IMG/VR virus record: IMGVR_UViG_3300028840_006907
Coordinates: 192,001 to 256,000 of that record
Length of the DNA: 64,000 bases
Origin: a virus
Reading direction: 5' to 3' (one strand)
The position numbers and the translations under genes are program-made. The notes beneath the pieces are model-generated. The model did no database searches, was not told the DNA's origin, and was given only the letters and a program-made list of their open reading frames with translations. Positions 57,201-64,000 of this stretch are shown one piece after another (within the stretch, counting starts at the first letter, position 1; each line of letters begins with the position of its first letter).

Positions 57201-60200
57201 AAGGAATCCAAGGTCAGACTGGAATCCAGGGGCAAACTGGAGTCCAGGGTGAAACAGGTATAGAAGGATCTTTATGGGCTGGATTTAGTTATAATGCCAA
57301 GACTGATGATCAGTCAGATACAGATCCTGGTACAGGGAATCTTAAATGGAGTACTGTTGCTCAGGTAAATGCGGGTGAACTTTATGTAGATGATACTGAT
57401 CAATATTCCATAGATTTAAGTAATTTTTATCTTACGTTAAAGGCTGGTGATTCTCTTCGAATAATTCGTCAGGAAGACCCTTCTCAATATCAAATTTATA
57501 ATATAACAAATGTTACAGATAGAACAGGTTGGTTCCGTCTTAGTGTGACCTATGTTACTTCAGGTGGATCTACTTTCAGTCTTAATGATAATATTATTCT
57601 TGTTTTTGTTAAAGCTGGAATTCAAGGTCAGACAGGTGCCCAAGGTATTCAAGGTCAAACAGGAGTCCAAGGAATTCAAGGACAGACTGGAGTTCAAGGA
57701 GCCACAGGTACCCAAGGAATTCAGGGGCCACAAGGCCAGATAGGTCTTCAAGGTACTACTGGGGTCCAAGGTGAAACCGGAGTCCAGGGCACACAAGGTC
57801 AGACGGGTATCCAGGGTACAACAGGTGCCGGGATTCAGGGTCAAACCGGAGTCCAGGGAATTCAGGGTCAAACCGGTATTCAAGGTCAAACAGGAGCAGG
57901 TATTCAGGGAGCTACTGGTATTGCTGGTATAGATGGTCAGACTGGAATCCAGGGTGAAACCGGAATTCAGGGCCAAACTGGAGCTGGTATTCAGGGAGCT
58001 ACTGGTATTGCTGGTATAGATGGTCAGACTGGAATCCAGGGTGAAACCGGAATTCAGGGCCAAACTGGAGCTGGAATCCAAGGTGAAACCGGTATCCAAG
58101 GAATTCAAGGATTAACAGGTATTCAAGGTACAACTGGTGCTGGCATTCAGGGAGAAACTGGAGTACAGGGTACACAAGGTCAAACAGGTGTTCAAGGTCA
58201 AACAGGTGCCGGAATTCAGGGTGAAACCGGAGTCCAGGGCACACAAGGTCAAACCGGTATTCAGGGTCAAACTGGCGCTGGTATCCAAGGTGTGACAGGA
58301 ATTCAAGGAATACAAGGACAAACTGGTATCCAGGGTCAAACGGGTGCCGGAATCCAAGGAGAAACCGGAGTCCAGGGAGAAACAGGAATACAAGGTCAGA
58401 CTGGTGCAGGAATCCAGGGAACTACTGGTGTTCAAGGCGTCCAAGGATTAACAGGTGTCCAGGGTCAAACTGGTGCTGGTATTCAAGGTGAAACCGGAGT
58501 CCAGGGTACTCAAGGTTTAACTGGTATACAGGGTCAGACAGGTGCTGGCATTCAGGGAGAAACCGGGGTCCAGGGAGAAACTGGAATACAAGGTCAGACT
58601 GGTGCAGGGATTCAGGGTGTGACAGGAATTCAAGGTCAAACTGGAGTTCAGGGAACTACAGGAATCCAGGGTCAAACAGGTGTTGGGATCCAGGGTGTGA
58701 CTGGAGTTCAAGGAATTCAAGGTCAAACCGGTATTCAAGGTCAAACCGGTATTCAAGGTGAAACCGGAGTGTCTGGAGCTACAGGTATTCAGGGAATTCA
58801 AGGTCAAACCGGAATCCAGGGTCAGACCGGAGTCCAAGGAGAAACAGGTGTACAAGGTTCTACAGGTGTATTAGGTGATCCTAATTGGATAGATTTTGTA
58901 CCTCAAGCATCTGCTCCTAGTCATCAGGAAGCTCGCCTTTTTTATGATTCAACAGACCATTCATTGAGTTATTACAATGAAGAATCTGATGTTACCCTGA
59001 ATTTAGGTCGTGAATTATATATCAGAGTGTATAATGCAACAGTTTCAACAATAACTAACGGTCAAGTAGTTTATGTCACAGGTGTTGCTGCAGGATACCC
59101 CACAATAGATTTAGCAGATGGTAGTGATTTAACTAAGACTAATAATATAGGAGTGGCTACTCATAATATAGAAGCCTCAACATTTGGTTATATCACATTA
59201 TTTGGATTAGTAAGAGATATTAATACTAATGCTTTCAGTGCTGGTGATGAAGTTTGGTTAAGTGAAAGTACTCCAGGTGGTTACCAGTCTTTTGCAGGTA
59301 CATATGCCGTTAAAATAGGTTATGTTGTTGTTTCAGATACATTAAATGGTTCAATAATGGTAGCTATGGGTGATACGGAAGCTACTATAGCTGGATTGAA
59401 TGATGTAAATCTTACTAGTATCTCTGATGGTCAGTATTTACAATGGGACTCGGATTCTACTAAATGGGTTAATGTTTCTGAAAGTCCTCAAGGTGATACA
59501 GGTATCCAAGGAGCAACTGGAGTTCAAGGAATTCAAGGAACTACAGGAGTTCAAGGAGCAACTGGAGTTCAAGGTATTCAAGGAACCACAGGAATTCAAG
59601 GACAGACCGGAGTTCAGGGTGAAACCGGAATTCAAGGAACTACAGGAGTCCAGGGAGAAACTGGTACTGCAGGAATAGACGGTCAGACAGGAGTTCAGGG
59701 TGAAACCGGTATTGCAGGAATAGATGGTCAGACAGGAGTTCAAGGTACTACCGGAGTTCAGGGAATTCAAGGAACTACAGGAATTCAGGGAGAAACCGGT
59801 ACTGCAGGAATAGACGGTCAGACAGGAGTTCAAGGTGAAACTGGAACTGCAGGAATAGACGGTCAGACAGGAGTTCAAGGTACTACCGGAGTTCAAGGAA
59901 CCACTGGAATTCAAGGTACTACCGGAATTCAGGGAACTACTGGAATTCAGGGAGAAACCGGTACTGCAGGAATAGACGGTCAGACAGGAGTCCAAGGTAC
60001 TACTGGGATTCAGGGGGAAACCGGAGTCCAAGGTACCACAGGGATTCAGGGAGAAACCGGAGTCCAAGGTACTACTGGAATTCAGGGAGAAACTGGTGTT
60101 TTTGGGATTGTCAATTATATCGATTATGAACCTCAAGATACAGTTCCTTCTCATTTAGAAGGTCGTACCTTTTATGACAGTACAGATCATTCTTTAAGTT

Positions 60201-63200
60201 ATTATTTAGATTCAACCGATGTGACTCTTAATATAGGGCAAGAATTTCTTATTCGAGTTGAGAATAAATCGGGTGGAGCAATAGTAGATGGTCAAGCAGT
60301 CTACGTCACTGGTTCTAATGAAGATGTCCCTGAAGTAAATCTAGCAAAAGCAGATTCTTCAAATACTTCTGAGGTTTTAGGTATTGCTACTCAGGTAATT
60401 GAAAATGATACGCAAGGTTATGTTACTTGTGCTGGAAAAATACGTAACTTAAATACTAGTGATTGGACTTCAGGAGATTTACTTTATTTATCTGATAAAA
60501 CTGCTGGTGCATTGACCAATGTTCAACCTTCAGGTAATAGTAATATATTTAGTGTTCATATAGGTCTTGTTATAAGATCACATGCTAGCGATGGTGTTAT
60601 TTTTGCTCACCGTCATATTCCTCATTACCGTCCAGAACAGTTAAGAGATACCACTGCATCTTCTTTAACTGATGGTCAGGTTTTATCTTATGAAAGTAGT
60701 ACAGATAGATGGATAAATAGCACTTTACCTTCAATTACACAATCTATAGATAGAAATGAACCTGGTGGTTTTGTCAACAGAACAGACAGTACAGTAGGTT
60801 TTACTGAATCTACTCGTACTTTGCAAGTTACAACCGCGAGTTCTTATGATATCTATCAGGCTGGTACTAAATATACAATTAATGCAACCGATTCTACTCA
60901 AATTCCTGATACAAATGGTTTGCACTATATTTATTTCGATACCACTAATATGACTGTACAAACGAATCCAGCACTTCAGAATATTCTAGATATCATATAT
61001 GAAAAATCTCTTATTGCTGCGATATATTGGAACTCTTCCGATGATAGAGCTATTATAACCAATGATGAACGTCATGGTATTGTGATGGATGGTAGGACCC
61101 ATTCTTATCTTCATACTACTAGAGGAACTCAATATACATCACCAGGCTTAACTCCTGGAGATTTTGATATTGATGGAGCTGGAAGTAATGACAGTGCCAG
61201 TCAAATGAGTATTTCTGATGGGCAAATACAAGATGAAGATATTTGGTTTGAAATTCAAGATGGTAATCCTCAAATATTAGATCCTATAGCTGAAATTCCT
61301 GTTATTTATAAAGATGGTGCAGGAGCTGAATGGAAAATAAAATATTGGACAGCTTCATGGGCATCTGCAACCTCTTATCCTACTGGTACTATAATAAGAG
61401 AGAGTAATTCTTATTTTAGATCTAGTGGAGGAACTTCAGGTGGTGCTCTTCCTGCTTTTTCTGCAAATCGTGAACCAGGTGATACTATTGTTGATAATAC
61501 AATTACGTGGACAAATGTTGGTTCTCCATTGTCTCCTGTGATTAATTTTGTGGGAGGTAATTATAGATTAGCATATAATCAGTTTACTGGTGGGGCATGG
61601 CAACAAACCGAAGTAACAAATGGTAATTATGTTCTTACTCATATATTTGCTACGACTGATATTTTTCATCCTATTATGGCTATTCAAGGTGAGAATGAGT
61701 ATGGTAATGTTGCTGCAGCTAGAGCAGGAGCTTTAACAGAACTAGATAGTATTGTATTGTCTGGATTGGATTTTCCTGAATCAATATTTCTTGCTACAGT
61801 TATTTTTCAGACTAATAATACTTATACTAATCAAGTAAAAGCTCGAACTATCTCAACTGATACAGGTGATGATTTTATAGATTGGAGATTTTCTCAAATC
61901 AATGCAGCCTCAACAGGTGATCAAGGTCCTCAAGGAGAAACTGGTGTTCAAGGGGTACAGGGTGAAACCGGAGTACAGGGTGAAACCGGAGTAGCAGGAG
62001 CAACTGGTGTTCAAGGAATACAAGGCCAGACTGGAATCCAGGGAGAAACTGGAATTCAAGGAGCCACAGGTGTTGCCGGAGCAACTGGTGTTCAAGGGAT
62101 CCAAGGTCAGACTGGAATCCAAGGAGAAACTGGAATTCAAGGAACTACGGGAGTAGCAGGAGCAACTGGTGTCCAAGGAATCCAAGGAGAAACCGGAATT
62201 CAAGGAGAAACCGGAATTCAAGGAGCAACTGGTGTTCAAGGTATTCAAGGAACAACCGGAGTTCAAGGAATTCAGGGAACCACAGGAGTTCAGGGTGAAA
62301 CCGGAGTCCAAGGAATTCAAGGAACCACAGGAATTCAAGGAATTCAAGGAACCACAGGAGTTCAGGGTGAAACCGGAGTCCAAGGAATTCAAGGAACCAC
62401 AGGAATTCAGGGTGAAACCGGAATTCAAGGAATTCAAGGAACCACAGGAGTTCAGGGAACCACAGGAGTTCAAGGAATACAAGGAACCACAGGAGTTCAG
62501 GGTGAAACCGGAGTCCAAGGAATTCAAGGAACCACAGGAGTTCAGGGAGAAACTGGAGTTCAGGGGATCCAGGGTCAGACTGGAATTCAGGGAGAAACTG
62601 GAGTAGCCGGAGCAACTGGAGTACAGGGCCAAACAGGAGTTCAAGGAATCCAAGGTCAAACTGGTATACAGGGAGAAACCGGAGTAGCCGGAGCAACCGG
62701 AGTACAGGGTCAAACAGGAGTTCAAGGAATCCAAGGACAAACTGGTGTTCAAGGAGCAACCGGAGTAGCCGGAGCTACTGGAGTTCAGGGAGAAACAGGA
62801 ATTCAAGGAATCCAAGGACAAACTGGTATACAGGGAGAAACCGGGGTAGCCGGAGCAACCGGAGTACAGGGCCAAACAGGAGTTCAAGGAATTCAAGGAA
62901 ATACTGGTGTTCAAGGAGCAACCGGAGTTCAAGGAACTCAAGGAGATACTGGAGTTCAAGGAACAACTGGTGTTCAAGGTGAAACCGGTTTAGAAGCAGC
63001 TTATCATTTCTTTGCGGATCAGTTGGATAGTCCTAATAATGCTGATTGGGCTGTTAATGCTCTTGCTCCAGCTTCTGCTGATACTACAAATAATGCTCTT
63101 GTTGTACGTCGGTTTGATGATACGGATGAAGAAGGTGTAGGATTTATGGTAAATATTCCAACAGGAAGGACAAATATAGTATTTGGATTTAAGAGTAGGG

Positions 63201-63487
63201 CTGAAACAGCTCCTGGATCGGCGCATAATGTAAAACCAAAGGTATATGTCAGGGAAATACCTGATAATACTACTGTGGAAAGTTGGTCTTCTGGTTATGA
63301 TTTAAATGCTTTAAGTATGCCAACAAATACCTATTTTCAATATGATTCTCAATCTGTAGCTTTTACCGCTCTTGATATTACAGGTGGGAGATTGGCTCAA
63401 TTTGAAGTAACAAGAGATCATACGGGTGTAACTCCTGATTTAACTGGTGACTGGGACTTGCTAGAGCTTAATGTTTCATTTACCTAG
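54251..63487 (+). CDS. giant collagen-like fiber protein (3078 aa) with duplicated globular modules
   Basis: RBS AAGGAG before ATG 54251; six proline-free GXY tracts separated by two pairs of duplicated non-collagen modules and unique C-terminal domains. Confidence 0.85.
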   Translation: MAKTKRKWIELDWYNPNALRAQDIPYDQTESVKDAIDRAASGVLGPTGTTGSTGSTGSTGPTGPTGATGATGAGIQGETGVAGVQGATGTGGGGDTGVQGETGLPGATGIQGTTGIQGTTGIQGETGIQGHTGTVGTTGVQGETGSQGTTGIQGETGVKGETGIQGQTGIAGGAGFPGATGVQGETGVQGTTGVQGETGVQGTTGVAGATGVQGTTGVQGTTGIQGETGVQGDTGVGATGIQGTTGIQGQTGVQGITGAYGGPPGETGVKGETGVQGATGIQGLQGLQGTKGETGTQGIQGQTGVQGETGVQGQTGTGAPGATGVQGQTGIQGTTGIGLGSTGVAGATGIQGTTGVQGRTGVQGFTGAAGLGETGIQGATGVQGATGIQGTTGAGIQGATGISGDTGVQGATGIRGTTGAGIQGATGVQGIQGQTGAQGETGVQGETGIEGSQFAGFNYKAKTDNQSDTDPGIGNLKWSAVAQVTSSELYVDDADVNSTDLSNFYLTLKAADSLRIVRMEDPSQYQIFNITNVTDRTGWFRLSVTPVVSGGSTFSLNDNIILIFSISGPRGQTGVKGETGIQGTTGVAGATGVQGQTGIQGQTGIQGIQGQTGIQGQTGIQGQTGIQGQTGVGAQGATGVAGQTGVQGETGIQGQTGAGIQGTTGVQGVQGLTGVQGQTGAGIQGETGVQGTQGLTGIQGQTGAGIQGETGVQGNTGAFGGPPGETGVQGETGAQGLTGVQGQTGAGIQGATGIQGVTGVQGQTGAGIQGVTGIQGQTGIQGQTGVAGQTGVQGIQGQTGVAGQTGVQGIQGQTGIAGQTGVQGIQGQTGIQGQTGAGIQGTTGVAGATGVQGIQGQTGAGIQGTTGVQGTTGVQGETGTGIQGETGTQGIQGQTGIQGQTGIQGNTGVKGETGVQGFPGPQGTKGDTGAQGIQGETGTQGIQGQTGVAGETGVQGQTGTQGIQGQTGVAGATGAGIQGQTGVQGIQGQTGIQGQTGVQGETGIEGSLWAGFSYNAKTDDQSDTDPGTGNLKWSTVAQVNAGELYVDDTDQYSIDLSNFYLTLKAGDSLRIIRQEDPSQYQIYNITNVTDRTGWFRLSVTYVTSGGSTFSLNDNIILVFVKAGIQGQTGAQGIQGQTGVQGIQGQTGVQGATGTQGIQGPQGQIGLQGTTGVQGETGVQGTQGQTGIQGTTGAGIQGQTGVQGIQGQTGIQGQTGAGIQGATGIAGIDGQTGIQGETGIQGQTGAGIQGATGIAGIDGQTGIQGETGIQGQTGAGIQGETGIQGIQGLTGIQGTTGAGIQGETGVQGTQGQTGVQGQTGAGIQGETGVQGTQGQTGIQGQTGAGIQGVTGIQGIQGQTGIQGQTGAGIQGETGVQGETGIQGQTGAGIQGTTGVQGVQGLTGVQGQTGAGIQGETGVQGTQGLTGIQGQTGAGIQGETGVQGETGIQGQTGAGIQGVTGIQGQTGVQGTTGIQGQTGVGIQGVTGVQGIQGQTGIQGQTGIQGETGVSGATGIQGIQGQTGIQGQTGVQGETGVQGSTGVLGDPNWIDFVPQASAPSHQEARLFYDSTDHSLSYYNEESDVTLNLGRELYIRVYNATVSTITNGQVVYVTGVAAGYPTIDLADGSDLTKTNNIGVATHNIEASTFGYITLFGLVRDINTNAFSAGDEVWLSESTPGGYQSFAGTYAVKIGYVVVSDTLNGSIMVAMGDTEATIAGLNDVNLTSISDGQYLQWDSDSTKWVNVSESPQGDTGIQGATGVQGIQGTTGVQGATGVQGIQGTTGIQGQTGVQGETGIQGTTGVQGETGTAGIDGQTGVQGETGIAGIDGQTGVQGTTGVQGIQGTTGIQGETGTAGIDGQTGVQGETGTAGIDGQTGVQGTTGVQGTTGIQGTTGIQGTTGIQGETGTAGIDGQTGVQGTTGIQGETGVQGTTGIQGETGVQGTTGIQGETGVFGIVNYIDYEPQDTVPSHLEGRTFYDSTDHSLSYYLDSTDVTLNIGQEFLIRVENKSGGAIVDGQAVYVTGSNEDVPEVNLAKADSSNTSEVLGIATQVIENDTQGYVTCAGKIRNLNTSDWTSGDLLYLSDKTAGALTNVQPSGNSNIFSVHIGLVIRSHASDGVIFAHRHIPHYRPEQLRDTTASSLTDGQVLSYESSTDRWINSTLPSITQSIDRNEPGGFVNRTDSTVGFTESTRTLQVTTASSYDIYQAGTKYTINATDSTQIPDTNGLHYIYFDTTNMTVQTNPALQNILDIIYEKSLIAAIYWNSSDDRAIITNDERHGIVMDGRTHSYLHTTRGTQYTSPGLTPGDFDIDGAGSNDSASQMSISDGQIQDEDIWFEIQDGNPQILDPIAEIPVIYKDGAGAEWKIKYWTASWASATSYPTGTIIRESNSYFRSSGGTSGGALPAFSANREPGDTIVDNTITWTNVGSPLSPVINFVGGNYRLAYNQFTGGAWQQTEVTNGNYVLTHIFATTDIFHPIMAIQGENEYGNVAAARAGALTELDSIVLSGLDFPESIFLATVIFQTNNTYTNQVKARTISTDTGDDFIDWRFSQINAASTGDQGPQGETGVQGVQGETGVQGETGVAGATGVQGIQGQTGIQGETGIQGATGVAGATGVQGIQGQTGIQGETGIQGTTGVAGATGVQGIQGETGIQGETGIQGATGVQGIQGTTGVQGIQGTTGVQGETGVQGIQGTTGIQGIQGTTGVQGETGVQGIQGTTGIQGETGIQGIQGTTGVQGTTGVQGIQGTTGVQGETGVQGIQGTTGVQGETGVQGIQGQTGIQGETGVAGATGVQGQTGVQGIQGQTGIQGETGVAGATGVQGQTGVQGIQGQTGVQGATGVAGATGVQGETGIQGIQGQTGIQGETGVAGATGVQGQTGVQGIQGNTGVQGATGVQGTQGDTGVQGTTGVQGETGLEAAYHFFADQLDSPNNADWAVNALAPASADTTNNALVVRRFDDTDEEGVGFMVNIPTGRTNIVFGFKSRAETAPGSAHNVKPKVYVREIPDNTTVESWSSGYDLNALSMPTNTYFQYDSQSVAFTALDITGGRLAQFEVTRDHTGVTPDLTGDWDLLELNVSFT
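54385..55595 (+). repeat. collagen-like GXY triplet tract (first of six in this gene)
   Basis: Uninterrupted Gly every third codon (GPTGTTGSTG...GETGIEG); further tracts about 55961-57260, 57614-58875, 59491-60100, 61921-62990. Confidence 0.85.
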
Positions 63488-63498
63488 AAGGAGTATTA

Positions 63499-64000
63499 AT
63501 GCCCGAATGGGGAATAGATACCGCAGGTACTACAACAACGACGCCGAATTGGTGTCGTGCTATGGGTGGAACCTCTCCCAATATAGACAATATGCTTTTA
63601 AAAAGTGTGTCTATATATGTAGGTTCTACTCATACTCAACAAATCCGATTAGCAGTTTATTCTGGTGGTAATTTAACGACAGGTCCTGATGGTGCAACTC
63701 TCGTTTATGATGCTGGGGTGACTTCTGGCACGGCTTTAAACACATGGTTAACTATAAATATTCCTACTGAAGTAATTCTTCCTAAAAATGCTGTGACATG
63801 GGTAGCATTTAGAAATAATGGTGGTTATATAATCCATTATTATGGTACCAGTCCAGCCGGAAATGATTTTCAAACTGCTCGTGGTAGATATAGCTCTACT
63901 GTTCTTGATGGAGATGAAACTTCAGCTTTTCCTTCTACATGGCCTTCTGATGGTGGAGCTTTTGCTGCTTTTTGGTATTCTACATATATTATTTATCAAA
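63499..64000 (+). CDS. hypothetical protein (partial; continues past window end)
   Basis: Open frame from ATG 63499 after RBS GAAGGAG with no stop to window end; Gly/Thr/Ser-rich. Confidence 0.45.
   Translation, partial: MPEWGIDTAGTTTTTPNWCRAMGGTSPNIDNMLLKSVSIYVGSTHTQQIRLAVYSGGNLTTGPDGATLVYDAGVTSGTALNTWLTINIPTEVILPKNAVTWVAFRNNGGYIIHYYGTSPAGNDFQTARGRYSSTVLDGDETSAFPSTWPSDGGAFAAFWYSTYIIYQ

Noticed and set aside
54456-62977. Numerous overlapping ORFs on both strands inside the 3078-aa collagen-like gene (e.g. 54560-55228, 56459-57235, 61910-62977)
   Set aside because: Same artefact: stop-free alternative frames produced by periodic repeats.
1-64000. Integrase/attachment site or transposase indicating a prophage boundary or IS element
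   Set aside because: No recombinase-like ORF, inverted terminal repeats or target-site duplication seen; the only mobile elements supported are the two inteins, with a possible homing-type GIY-YIG gene.

Overview
AT-rich 64-kb segment that reads as part of a large tailed dsDNA bacteriophage (jumbo-phage-like) genome. All calls are by eye from the sequence and ORF track; no searches were run. Layout: (1) a minus-strand block (1-6805) with a RuvC-like resolvase, a RecD-like helicase and an NAD-dependent DNA ligase; (2) an AT-rich strand-switch region carrying two perfect 64-bp direct repeats that bracket a small ORF and a GC-richer, probably structured segment; (3) a long plus-strand block (8.3-42 kb) with clamp-loader subunits (delta-prime, delta-like, DnaX), a class II ribonucleotide reductase split by two inteins, thioredoxin, family-4 UDG, methyltransferase/sulfotransferase/glycosyltransferase-like enzymes, Toprim and GIY-YIG proteins, a FEN-type nuclease, NusG-like and sigma-like factors, a large terminase and a 2337-aa fiber-like giant protein (BNR propeller, collagen-like tract, tandem domain repeats); (4) a minus-strand operon (42-49.8 kb) with a UvrD-like helicase, a ThiF/E1-like enzyme, a JAMM/MPN protease and a Ro60/Rsr-like TROVE-vWA protein; (5) an RNA locus (49.9-50.9 kb) with one canonical tRNA and three tandem ~180-nt tRNA-mimic structured RNAs; (6) a multidomain glycosyltransferase followed by a 3078-aa collagen-like giant protein. 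The strongest candidate for a novel system is the Ro60-like protein with its three divergent Y-RNA-like tRNA mimics, sitting in the same operon as the E1-like/JAMM pair.
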